Source: the human T2T-CHM13v2.0 reference genome, Homo sapiens. From it: a stretch of DNA of 64,000 nt. The DNA lies in NCBI RefSeq assembly GCF_009914755.1, contig NC_060944.1. The stretch is one strand, 5' to 3'. Every line of letters begins with the position of its first letter. The stretch's first letter is position 1. Below the pieces are notes generated by a model, which had not been told where the DNA came from, ran no database searches, and was given only the letters and a program-made list of their open reading frames with translations. Positions 50,420-64,000 of this stretch are shown here, piece after piece. The position numbers and the translations under genes were made by a program.

Positions 50420-51760
50420 TCTTAGTGTCACATACCACTTAACACAGCCCCTTCAACGTCAGATGTGTGGGTTTTTTCCTCTATACAACAGGCAATTCTT
50501 CAGTTGGGAATCCTATAATTTAGTTCAATTCTGACACTATCTACCTGGAAATAGCATCAGACCCCACGGGTTGAGGGCTCAGTTCCACAAGACTGACCCT
50601 CCCCCTTCAGATGCCAATCACAAGTAGTAAGTTGTCACCTATACTTCTGACCAATCAGCTATAAATCAGGGGTTACCATGACTCTCTTTTCAGGTTTGAT
50701 TAATTTGCTAAAGCAACTCACAAACTCTGGGAAACACTTTACTTACGTACTTACATGTGGCCATTTAGTATAAAGGATATTACAACGAGTGCAGATGGGC
50801 AATGAAGAGATGCACAGGGCAAACCATGTGGGAAGGAATGCTGAGCTTCCGTGCCCTCTCTAGGTGCTCCAGGTAAAGGTTCAGCTGTCTGGCAGCAATC
50901 TGAACCCCGTCCTGTTCTTTTTTTGTTTGTTTGTTTGTTTTAATTTTACTTTAAGTTCCAGGATACATGTGCAGAATGTGTAGGTTTGTTACATAGGTAT
51001 ACGTGTGCCATGGTGGTTTGCTGCACTTACCAGCCTGTCATCTAGGTTTTAAGCCCTGCATGCATTAGGTATTTGTCCTAATGCTCTGCCTCCCCTTGCC
51101 CCCATCCCCCGAGAGGCCCCAGTGTGTCCCCTCCCTGTGGCCATGTGTTCTCATTGTTCAACTCCCACTTAACGAGTGAGAACAGTTTAATTTTCTGTTC
51201 CTGTGTTAGTTTGCTGAGAATGATGGCATCCAGCTTCATCCATGTCTCTGCAAAGGACATGATCTCATTCTTTTGTTTGGCTGCATAGTACTCCATGGTG
51301 TATATGTCCCACATTTTGTTTATCCAGTCAATCACTGATGGGCATTTGGGTTGGTTCCAAGTCTTTGCTTTGTAAATAGTGCTGCGATAAACATACCTGT
51401 GCATGTGTCTTCAGTGTTTGTAAGGAGGCTTCCTTACATAGGCATGACTGATTACATCATTGGCCATTGGTGATCAACTCAACCTTCAGCTCCTCTCCTC
51501 TCCTTGGAGGCTGAGAGGTGGGGCTGAAAGTGCCAACCCTGTAAGCCTGCCTTGGTCTTTCTGTTGACCAGCCCCCACCCTGAGGCTGTCTAGGGGCCAC
51601 CAGCCCCCAGTCTTCTCATTAGCATACAAAAGACACTCTTTTCATTCTGGAGATTCCAAGAGTTTTAGGAGCTCTGTGTCATAAAACTGGACAAAGACTA
51701 AATACATATATATATATATACACACACACGTACATATGTATTATTATAGATCACAATATC
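50420..51760 (-). mobile_element. MER21-like LTR split by an L1
   Basis: ttcaattctgacactatctacctgga...gagggctcagttccacaagactg; resumes near 51412 with taggcatgactgattacatcattggccattggtgatcaactcaacc. Confidence 0.8.
50917..51411 (-). mobile_element. 5'-truncated L1PA (PA7/8-like)
   Basis: Poly(T) then tactttaagttccaggatacatgtgcagaa; ORF 51078-51404 matches the L1 ORF2 C-terminus (AKTWNQPKCPS...TMEYYAA). Confidence 0.95.
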
Positions 51761-51989
51761 ACAGAAGCAGAGACTCAGATGAAACACAGGAAGGAGTCAT
51801 GGGAAAATTGGATGGAAGAGCATTCGTCGTACTGAGGGAACAGGAAGGGCAAAGCCCTGAGGCTGGGAGGCCAGTGTGGCTGCAGAGTAGAGCAACAGAG
51901 ACAAGGTGAGCCGGAGAGGGATGGGAGGAGAGGATGTGCAGATTGGGCACTAAGGGCTTTGTTTTTACTAGCATCGGATCTATTAATAA

Positions 51990-52295
<306 letters not shown>

Positions 52296-52459
52296 CGGTC
52301 CCTATTCTTGAGTAACTTTTAGTATCTTGAGGAAGAACAACCTGTGAACTGGCAGCTTCAACCAGTGTGCTTAGTGATAAGGCTCTATTCCACAAAAATA
52401 AGGAAAGGCATGGGGATTCAGTTTGGGGAGTGGTATAGGAGCTTGCCAAGAACTGGGAA

Positions 52460-52908
52460 GGATCTAATATTTTTACCCTACTTGCAGGCTATCAAGTTAC
52501 CTGTCATGGTTCTTTAAACGCTGGCAGAAGATGTGAGACTTCTGGGTTAGAGACAAAGGACTTCATTCCACACATCACGGCTTGCAGCGGGAGCCTCCTC
52601 GTGTTTGCATTGGCCCCTTGGGGCCAAGAGGAATGGCTGAGGTAGATGCCGCACACCGTTGGTTTGTGTCATAGCAGAGGAATCCTGAAATTAAGTAACC
52701 CAATCTTTAATACAGGGCTTCAAGCGAGCCTGTCCCACCTTTGCCCTAGAGGGAGACATTATCTTTCTTTTGTTGACCAGGAAACAAATCTGCCCTCTGC
52801 TCTAGAGAGAAACACTCTCTCTATCTTCCAACCCCGCAACAAAAGCTGTCAGGGCCTCTGCTCACAGGACATAAAGAAACGTGAGAGATCCATGGAGAAC
52901 TGTCTCCT
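52460..52908 (-). mobile_element. ERVL solo LTR (LTR40-like)
   Basis: gagggagacattatcttt...ctctatcttccaa...ccatggagaactgtctcc. Confidence 0.65.
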
Positions 52909-53259
52909 GGGGGTTAAGTTAGAGAACCCTAGACTCTATTAATGGTTTTATAAGTTGACACTGTTTTGGACCAGGTTAGATAATGGAGTTGCAGTTTTCC
53001 TGACTGTTTGGATGTTCTAGAGTGAGACAAGGAAACCATTGACGATAACGAGCAAGTGAAGTGGTAGCGAGGGGATAGGAAATAGACTAAATGAGTCACT
53101 TGAGCATGTTTCAGCATTCACTTATCATCTTTTTCAATAATATTTCTGCAATGCCTACTATATGCCAGGCACCAACCTAGAGGCCTGTTCGTGATGAAAA
53201 AAGGAACAGGCTGAAGGTCTGCAGGGCAGGCTACGAAGAGGTCAGGGCTGCCTGTGGTC

Positions 53260-53435
53260 TGATGTTTCTCAGGCTGGGTGCATGTCAGAATCACCTGGGC
53301 AGCTTTGAATCTTTCCTATTCTCAGAAGGCCCCAGAATCATGAAATCCAAATCTCTGGGGCTGAGGCTCAGGGATTTCGTTTAAAGATACCTTCCCAGAT
53401 GATTGTTACAGGCAGCACAGGCGGAGAACGCAGCC
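53260..53435. mobile_element. MER5-family fossil
   Basis: tttctcaggctgggtgcatgtcagaatcacctggg...tctctggggctgaggctcaggga. Confidence 0.7.
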
Positions 53436-53894
53436 ATGGGTGAGTGCATGTGTCAACTGCTTCTACAGCCCAGCCCGTTGCTATGAGGCTCGCGGTTGCT
53501 TCCCTTCTGATGGGGCTTCCGACAGCTGCTGCTCTCCTCGATTTTCTTCTCTGAGGGCCCAGTGTCCTTTGAGGTGGGGGCCTCAGGTCTGTACTCTCAG
53601 GATAAGATCTGATTCCAACACGTAATTGATAATTCTTGTTTTAAGAAAAGTGGAGTGATTTTTCTCCAGCTCCAAGGTCTAGGGCAGGACATTTTAACCT
53701 GCCTTTCTTCTGGGCACTAGTGTATTTTGGGTTTTTGGCAACTATGTCCAGGGATGTGTATTGATCACCAGTAATTTATAATTGCATAGATATCTGGATA
53801 GGAGTAAAACATGGACTTAGAAGAATGTGGCTTCAAAGTCTATTCTACCCTTACCAGCTGTGTGAACGTCTCCAGACTTCCTAACTTCCCTGGG

Positions 53895-54118
53895 GAGCCT
53901 GGCACCATGGCTTATGCTCATAATCCCAGCACTTTGGGAGGCTGAAACAGAAATATTGCTTGAGGTTAGGAGTTCAAGACCAGCTTGGGCAACATAGCAA
54001 GACCCTGTCTATAAAAATAAAAAATTAGCCACTGGGTGTGGTGGTGAGTGCCTGCAGTCCCAGCCACTCAGGAGGCTAAAGCAGGCCAGAGGATCACTAG
54101 AGCCAAGGAGTTCAAGGG
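53895..54118 (+). mobile_element. AluJ-like element lacking its 3' end, inside a MIR
   Basis: Left arm and part of right arm, ending ggagttcaagg with no poly(A); MIR sequence on both sides. Confidence 0.85.
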
Positions 54119-55234
54119 AGATCAGCCTCTTCTTTAGCAAGAAGGAGATGATCTCACTTTTTCCACTGAGTTGTTTTGAAGATTAAGTGAAAAATGTGTC
54201 TAAGCCTTGGAACTGTGTCTTGGTACATAGTTAGGGTTAAATATATTTTAATTGTCTCATTGCCTCATTAAAACAACCCCTTAAGCAGGAACTATACATC
54301 TGCATTTTGCTGATGAGGAAACTACAGCCTAGAGAGGAGAAATAAGAACATGAAAGTAGCAAATAAGGTCCTTCCTTTCCAGGAGCTCATAATTTAGTCG
54401 AGATGATATGACCTTCTTGGAAAGAATGATTTAAAAATAAACCCAGGTAATGATTCAAAACTCCATTATAATGATAAAATTGTGAGACATTGGAACAATG
54501 TCTCCCAACTGTAATGTGCAGAAGGTTCCCTGGAGCATATCAATTATCAGTTGAAGATTCCCTTGCTCGGGCTCTGATCCTGAAGTCAGAAGACTACTAT
54601 TCAACAGACAGATGGCTCCAGAAGGCTCTGCACAGTTGATGTGTCAACCACACATAAAGAAACAGTTTGAGAATTCCCAGTCAGAAGCAGCTTCTTGGAA
54701 GACGCAGGCTTTGAATTAGGCCTTAAGTAAAATCTAGGTAAAGTATGGATGGGCAGAGAGGACAAGAGAGGATATTTTGTGAGAGGGGTCAAGTCATGAG
54801 CAAAGCTGAGAAGACAGGAATGGATCATATTTGCAGAAATAACCATGTTAATATACATAGTAATTCAAGTTTATTGGCTTTGCTGGACTTTAATAAGGTA
54901 AGTATTTTCTCATTTTCATGACCTTTTTCTTGCAAAAAAACTGAATTAACAAACCTCCTCGATTCTTGAAGGTCTTCTCTCCAACAGCCCCACATCTCTC
55001 TCGCTGAGCGCCACACCTTGGTGCATTTGGATATTGATACGCAAACCTAAATTATGCAGAAAGTGAAGCTTTGAAAGGCAGGCAGGGAGAAGTGTCCTCT
55101 TGATTAATGGTGAGGCAACATGTTTCAAGTGAGGTTTCAAGTTCCAGGAACTTAAAACCTGTCTGAGATATACAATTTGGGATAGATTCCACTGCAAACT
55201 GGGAGTTAAGGTGACAAGCTGGACCATGAGTTAA

Positions 55235-55594
<360 letters not shown>

Positions 55595-55689
55595 TAGAGG
55601 GGACTTTTCTCTATAATATTAAAAATTAGTGACCACAATTTTAAAAATGGAATTCCCACTTCACTTGGCAAGTTAGGAGGTTGGTATAT

Positions 55690-56190
55690 TGCTTGGGGTA
55701 CTTTTGTTGGCAAGTAACAAGTAAAACCTTATTCAGACCATCTTAAATGATAAGAAAAATGATGTTCTTCTGTAACACGAAGGCCAGAGGTTGGTTCCAG
55801 GTGTGGTGTCACAGGGATCTGCTGCCCCTTCTTCAGGTGCCCTGGACTCTGTCCTCATCCGTGTTTGTCTCTTAGCAAGATGGTGGCAGCAGTTTTCAGT
55901 ATCTCAAGAAGACACAGTGTTGTCCAGGGAAGAAAAATGATGTTTTCCTGTTTTTTCCTTTGGAAGTCCTGACATCCAGGTGGACTTCCTTCATGTCTCA
56001 ATGGCAAAATGGGTTACACGCCCATTCTTATACTGAACACTGACGAGCGGAGTAGATTTCTTCTAATTGGCAATGTAGAGAATAGAATAAAAGTAGGACC
56101 AACTTTCCAACTTATGTAGGAGAAGGGGGTTACATTGACAAAAGAAGGGGGTTACACTGACTGGATTTTGGGAGGCAACCAACAACATCC
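55690..56190 (-). mobile_element. Old MaLR LTR (MLT1K/L-like)
   Basis: tttgttggcaagtaacaag...gcaagatggtggcagcag...catgtctcaatggcaaaatgggttacacgccc. Confidence 0.6.
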
Positions 56191-57179
56191 ATTAGAATCT
56201 GACATTGCTGGTTCCAGATTCCTTCTTGGCAAATATTGGGTGTAGCTTGATGTGTGTTGCCCCTTTTAAAGGGCAGCATGGGGTCTTCAATTTGCCACAT
56301 CATTCCCTATCTGTATTATTTTGTACTCTATTTGCCTCCCTATATATTTTATCTGTTTAGTTCCTATAGGCACTTGTGTTTGGGACCCCATATCTACAGA
56401 CACAGGCATGCCATACTTTTGTTAAGAGGTGCTTCTAATCAATATCATCCAGCATGCTTGGGTAATCAATCAGAGTGATTGTTTAATTGCTCTTCTCCTC
56501 TGCTTGTCAGCCTTTCAACCTTTCAAAGGATTGATCTCTTCTTTCCTGTTGTGGCCAACTTCCCCTCTCATGTCTTACTTTCGGTGGTATCCTGATCCCG
56601 TGGGCCACCAGGAAAAGCCTAACAAAAGTCTCTGGTTCCATCCGAGCAGCTGCAGAAAAGTCTTCAAGAATCTGAGTCTTCTAAAAGCTGCCTCCATAAT
56701 GAACTAGTCTTAGTGAAGAGAGAAAACATAGACAGTGTCAATCATGGCCAGTGACAGGGTGCAATTAACCCAGGATCAAATTGCAGCAAGATGGATGGGG
56801 CCAGATGGTCCTGTTATTCTAACAAAGGGATTTTATAGTAAGTGCCCTTCAGAAGGGAGACATTTTTCTACATAGAACTCTGGAATGAAAAGAGACAAGG
56901 GTGAGCTCTTCACAATTTTCAAACAGATATTATGGAGTAGGAAAACTAGTAAATGATGTTTTAAATCATCATTCCAATTCTTAATTGGTGACTGGTAAGG
57001 CGTACATACACTGTCCGTGTTGATAGTGCTTGAAGCTATAACTACTAGAAAATTCTAGGCTGAAAATATCTTAACCATGAAAGACCTCCATTAGGAAATT
57101 CAGAATCTTAAATAGAGTGGGGCAAATAATATAGGGAAAGCGAATTGAATTAATTCCTTCTTACAGTAAGAATGTTTAA

Positions 57180-58230
<1,051 letters not shown>

Positions 58231-58949
58231 TTCTACATTTTCATGGAAGGAAGTCAGCATAGGGTTGTTCTGTAGCAGAAGACAGAGAAGCAGAAATAGC
58301 TGACTTTGCTGATGTTATGGTCTAGGTTTTGAGTTTGAATTTCATTCTCTCAAAGCTGTATATGAACTGATTAGCATGATGCCTGGAACACCATAAGCCA
58401 GGATGTTCGTTGTTGTTTCTGCACTGGACTAACTTGGAGATCAGTCTTGGGAAGGTGGGTGATGTATCAATATCATCGGGAATCACAGAGCGAAGACATC
58501 ACAGTGTAGGGCTTGCAGTGGACTCTTAACATGTTGCTGAAGATGTGGGTAAAAGAAATCACTATCTCCAGCTTTTGAAACATAGTTCAGGTTACAGAGA
58601 GATCAGGTGGATGCTTATCCCCCAGGGATGAGAGTTGGCCAGATTATAAGCTGTGTTTCAGTCTTCAGTTGTAGTGCATTTGTTCATTTATTCATTTTGT
58701 CTGATCAGGGACTTCCATTCAGCCACCAAAGCAGACCACCACGTGACACCTTCATATAGGGCATTTCAAGTGCAAGGGTATGAAAGAAAGATTCGTTATG
58801 GGGTTTTCCTTGTTGCTATTGTTGATTTCTTTCTCTCCCCTCCTACCATCATCAACTAGTAAGTAGGGATCCTTTAAAATAGTAATGTAGGAATATTATT
58901 ATTATTTGTATTGACAGAAACAAAAGTTTGATGGTATTAGGAGGTAGCA

Positions 58950-59170
58950 TTTGTTGCATTTTACTACATATTTGTGCAGTATGCTCAGTGCTTTATATAC
59001 TTAAACATTGCAACAGACTGTGAAGTGAGAATATTGTACCTTTTATTTTACAGATACAGAAACTGATGTTCAGTGAGGTTGAGCAGTTGCCCCACTAAAG
59101 CCCATGGCTTAATTATTAGTGGAGCCCACATCCACGCCAGTTTCTGCAAACGCTCCATAGCTTCTACCCC
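58950..59170 (-). mobile_element. MIR
   Basis: attttacagatacagaaactgatgttcagtgaggttgagcagttgccc. Confidence 0.75.
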
Positions 59171-59974
59171 CAATCCTAAAAGCGTTCGCAGGAAATGCGC
59201 AGCTTTGGAAACTTTCATCCTATGTCTTCTCAACTTGGTTTTTGGTTTTGACTCTTTTCCTGCTGCCACTATTTATGTTCAGTATCTCTAAGGTTTTCAT
59301 GCTACCTTCCTAAGGGGCCTCTGCACTTTCAGTATCTCCTATTCTATGCTGTCTCATGAACAGCTTTAAATTGAACTCTTTAAAGGACAGCTTGGTCCCT
59401 GTTATGCCTTGACCCAGAAACCTCAGTGGCTCCTTACTGGCTGAAGAGCAGACCTTTCACGCTGGGGAGAGCTAGAGGAGGCCTCGACTTCAGCCCAACG
59501 AGGGACTGGGCATTGCATTTTGTTCCGCTGTGGAATGCTGGCTGCTGTCGGGGCCCACCTCTCATGGCACTCTGTGTTTTCCCATCTCTCAGCATCCACA
59601 TTAGAATTTCTGTTCCTGGAAGGCAGGGACTGTCCCAGGCATCTGAGTGTAAACAGCATGGGTTTGCAACATGACTTCACTCACTATCTCTCATTCCTTT
59701 TTCCTTCGAAATCAAATCTAATCTCTCCCAAGGCCATTTCTTGGATTTGGTGGGAAATCTCACTCTTATTTTTTTTAAAAATAGATTCCTCGCTCTCTCT
59801 AGGAGAGCAAAAAAGGTGTAGGCTTTTCTGAGTGTCTGCCAGTCTTTTGGGCTATAGTCACTCTCTTTGCAGCCTGTTGCCCTGGCCCACGTGGTCCTTT
59901 GAAGAGCTCAGTCCTGTTCTTTCAACTCTAAGCTTGGGCAAAGGGCTTAGTTCAGGCTCAGTTTGTTCATAAAC

Positions 59975-60640
59975 AGCCAGAACATAATAGTGGCTATTAC
60001 GTAAAAACACCAGAAAAGGAGGCTTAAATCAAACATAGCACTTTGCCAGAACATGAGCTCTGAGTTTCAACTTCCCAGGTCAAGCCCAGCCCCCACCATT
60101 TATAGGCATATGCTCATGGACAAATAACTCTCATGCCTCTGTTTCCCCCATCTGTAAAGCATGGGGATCAATGCTGTCTCCTTATGCATTTATGATGAGG
60201 ACTAGAAAGGATAATAAGAATAAAAGATTTAGCATAATGCCTATCAGAGAGTAAATGCTTAATAAATGTATTTTATATTTTTTCGCCTTTCAAGAATCTT
60301 AACTTCTCTAGTGATGTTGTGGGGTTATAAGAGCTGTACCTGTGACAGAGACTTCAGTATTCCTTAGGAGTAGAGCCCGCCCAATTTCTGCCAGTCTTGC
60401 GAGCACCTCTCCCTAGGGACCGTCCAGTTAGGTGACTCCTGGTTGCTCAACCTCATAGCATTAGTTTCTTCATCTGTGAAATGAGAGTGTAAGGTAACTT
60501 GCAAAATGTTGGGAAGCCACTTTACACATTTAACACAGATTAGCACATAATGAATGTTAAGAGGAAGTCAAGCAAGGAATATAATGGTCTTAGTACAGTG
60601 TCTAGCATGTAGATAGGGCTCAATTAGGGTCAGCTACCAC
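59975..60640 (+). mobile_element. MIR cluster; first copy interrupted by a 49-bp duplicated segment
   Basis: gcctctgtttcccccatctgtaaagcatgggg...gtaaatgcttaataaatg; gtttcttcatctgtgaaatg. Confidence 0.8.
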
Positions 60641-61979
60641 CATCATTTATTTCATTGTCGTCAACATCATCATTGCCATCCTCACCGTCATAGTCTCACC
60701 TCACATAGGAGACGGTTTGAACATTGCAGTGAATAATATATATTGGTTAAGTAGTCCACATAATTTGAAAAACACCAGAAAAGGAGGCTTAAATCAAAGA
60801 TGGCACTTTGTCAGAAGTTTTATGTATATCCACTTCTTTTCTTAACAAGCACTTCTTAATAGTTGATTCCCATGGTTTTGCACTTAATGATATCTAAATA
60901 TATTAAAAATTTGCCTCATCTGGCTGTCTAAATGATACAGGATTTTGATCAGCCTTCCTCGTGCTGGGAATGAATTGATTCAGTTTAAATATTTTGTCTA
61001 AAAGTTATTTAGCCTGGAAAATACCAGTCTAATTCCCTTACAAGTAAGAAAATTATAAAGAGAGAGATCTAATCAGTGGGTAGAATATAGCCTCAGAAAA
61101 TGTGTACCAGCATACCTTAACGAAAGTAGAATAAATCTTGAAACTTTAACATTCCCCTTTCTTGGACCTAAATAGGTCCCTTTGGAAAACTATTTTATTG
61201 TTTCTCATTAAATTAGAATTGTGCTGAGGTGCCACTATCTACCGTTTCCTATTATTATTAATATAAAAAAATTCACTGCATATTCAGCATTTCCCCCGTT
61301 AAAGCCAACAGAAAATCTTCCCCGCTTTTGTACTTAACTCTGGGTCATTTTTAAACAAAGTTTCTTTTTTTGTTTTTGTTTACATCTGCATTTAAAGAGA
61401 GCAATATTTTCTAGGGACAATTAAATAGATGTAATGCATAGGTTTACTCCTGCTTGGTGAAATTAGCAGGTCTTGTAGAAGAAGGCTGAAAAGAATGACA
61501 GTGGCAAGAAGTGTCTTATTAACCCTAGGCAGATACAGTAATTTCTGGGAAACAGAATTTTGGAAGCATCATTTTAAAAAACACAGGTTGATCATACATT
61601 AGAAAGGATACACTCAAACTTTTAATCCATCAGTGAGATGAAAGGTTTGATGAAGATTGATACTGAAGTTCTTACTGCTGCATAGAACACTCTTACTGTT
61701 CACAGTATTTCTAAAAATGAGACATTGCAGTGTTTTATCTTCTTGATTCATTCAAGAGACAGATACTGAGTGGCAACGGAGGCCATATGCTGGGTGACCA
61801 GAAGCCACAGCTGACCCAGAGCTGTGTGATGTTTGGGTCTGGGGACCATATTCCATCTGGCAACTGTTGCTAGCGCCTCATTTAGACAAGACCTCCCTCT
61901 CCAGTCCCCTTCCATATTTCCAGAAGCTTCTTGGCTCTTTAGACACAGTTTTCAATCTTTGCATAAAAAGCATAGAGCA

Positions 61980-62297
<318 letters not shown>

Positions 62298-62307
62298 TCA
62301 GATCCTA

Positions 62308-62700
62308 TGTACTATGGTCTGAAGTGTCCTGCAACATTAATATGTTGAAACTTACTTGCCAATGTGACAATATTAAGAAGTAGGGCCTTTAAGAGGTGAT
62401 TAAGTCGTAAGGGCAGAATTACTTATAGATGGGATTATGGCCTTTATCAAAGGGCTTGTGGGAGTGAGTTTGTTGCCTTGCATCCCTTCTGCCTGTGAGG
62501 ACATGGTGTTCGTCTCCTCTGGAGGAAGCAGCATGCAAGGTGCCATCTTGGAAGCAGAGACTGGGCCCTCAGCAGACACTGAACCTGCTGGAGTCTTGAT
62601 CTGGGACTTTCCAGCCTCCAGAACTGTGAGAAATAAATTTCTGTTGTTTATTTATTACCCATTTTTAGGTATTTTGTCATAGCAGCAAAAATGGACAGAA
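62308..62700 (+). mobile_element. MaLR solo LTR (MSTD/MLT1A-like)
   Basis: tgtactatggtctgaagtgtcc...ccagcctccagaactgtgagaaataaatttctg...catagcagcaaaaatggac. Confidence 0.85.
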
Positions 62701-62789
62701 TCACTATGTTAGGACAGAGCCTTCAAGTTACAAAGGCACAGAAAATAGAGACCCATTTTACCACTTAAAGTAAATGTCAATGTCTTCCT

Positions 62790-63220
62790 CGAGGCTGTCA
62801 TAATAATTAGAAGCTCCTACATCATAGCCCCTCCCCCAATCCTCACCAAATTGTCTACCACTTTCTCCATTGCCTACTCTGTGCCAGCCATGTGGATCTC
62901 CTTGTGATGGTATCCATGCCACCTTCTCACTTCTTTGTAGTTATTGCTGAAAAGCCACCTTGTCAGTGTGGCTTTCTCTGGCCACGGTTTTTAAACTTAT
63001 GGGAGCTTCCTCCAGTTTAGCACTGACTAATCCCTTTCCCAGCTTTATTTTTCAACCAAAGCCTTTATCACAACCCAACATTCTAAATATTTCAGTTCAT
63101 GATTTATTCATTGTCTGTCTCTTCCATATTAGACTGGAAGTTTCATGAGGGCAGCCACTTAGTCTTATACGCCATTGCCTTTCCCATACCTACAACAGTA
63201 GGGGTGTGTAAATCACATTC
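62790..63220 (+). mobile_element. L2 3' fragment
   Basis: attgtctgtctcttccatattagactggaagtttcatgagggcag. Confidence 0.65.
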
Positions 63221-63794
63221 TGTGAACCAAACAATGTGGTTCTCATCAGATCTCCTCCAGCCAGCCGGTCTGCCTGGGAGCTGGAGGTACAACAGTGTAG
63301 GTTCCTGATAAAAATGTTCAACAATGAATGCATAAGCATAGTATATACTAAAAGAGGCCCCAGATGCTAGGGGACTGCAAGTCACTCAGAGGCTGGGGTG
63401 TGGAATTTGAGTGTGGGACAGTGAAATATGAGGGTGGAATAGTATAGATTTTGGACTCAGATGGTGGACAAGAGAGAGCCATGGAAAGGTGAGTGAGTGA
63501 CCAGAAGGCAGAAGAGGGACAGGATTACCAGGAATGTTTTGCTGTTTTGCAAACCAAAGAGATGTTTAACTGTTAATCTCCATGAGTCTGAAAGTAGGGC
63601 CTTTCTAAAAAATGTTTAAAAATAATAAAAATACTGAAGAGTCTGCTTAGATAGAATTTGAATAAGCTCCAAAGGTTGCAATTTACTTTGGTTTTCCCCC
63701 AAAATACTGACTTAATTTCAAACAACTTCAGGCCTTAGAGAACTGATCAGAGAAGGTAAAATAATGAGGTGGCTCCAGGATGAACAACATAGAG

Positions 63795-63990
63795 TCATCC
63801 CAATTGGATTCAAATTCCAGTTCTGCTGCTTGCTTGCCATGTAACCTTGGAACAATTACTTAACCTCTCTGAACGTTTTTTCTCATCTGCAAGGTGGAAT
63901 TAATTAGACCTACACTTCCAAGCTGTTTTGAGCATTAAATTAAAATTTTTTTTTGGTCACATGCCTCCTGTAATAGTAGGTACTGAATAT
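63795..63990 (+). mobile_element. MIR
   Basis: gtaaccttggaacaattacttaacctctctgaacg...ctcatctgcaa. Confidence 0.8.
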
Positions 63991-64000
63991 ATGGAAACTG

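Noticed and set aside
51078-51404. 108-aa ORF with a recognisable protein sequence
   Set aside because: C-terminal remnant of L1 ORF2p in a truncated L1PA, not a host gene.
54895-54905. Perfect donor AAG|GTAAGTAT
   Set aside because: Nearby upstream acceptors are weak, and an isolated match is plausible by chance in 64 kb.
56121-56161. 22-bp tandem duplication (agaagggggttaca.tgac)
   Set aside because: Ordinary slippage duplication within an old LTR.

Overview
This is primate (very likely human) non-coding genomic DNA, either intergenic or deep intronic. It is CpG-poor and carries about 14 Alu copies or fragments plus L1, L2, MIR, MaLR/ERVL solo LTRs and many hAT/piggyBac DNA-transposon fossils. 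I find no credible protein-coding exon, RNA gene, CpG island or CRISPR array; the long ORFs in the track come from a tandem repeat, Alu or L1. I could not identify the locus. Repeat families were recognised by eye from remembered consensus sequences, so subfamily names and boundaries are approximate. The main signals are: (1) a MER5A-derived ~66-bp minisatellite (39.74-40.30 kb) carrying 8 invariant canonical heat-shock elements; (2) a ~1.34-kb 30-bp VNTR (6.8-8.1 kb) whose minus strand carries about 30 perfect CAG|GTGAGT splice-donor sites and whose plus strand is a phased CACCTG E-box array; (3) a recursive-splice-site motif at 1.24 kb and two candidate + strand non-coding exons; (4) four short non-tandem local duplications, three of which visibly interrupt older transposons; (5) a ~100-bp unique hairpin at 49.3 kb; (6) a MER85 with an intact CSB-PGBD3 palindrome; (7) a repeat-free enhancer-like block with a perfect T-MARE. 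All functional readings are hypotheses, and the sequence alone does not prove a new biological system.
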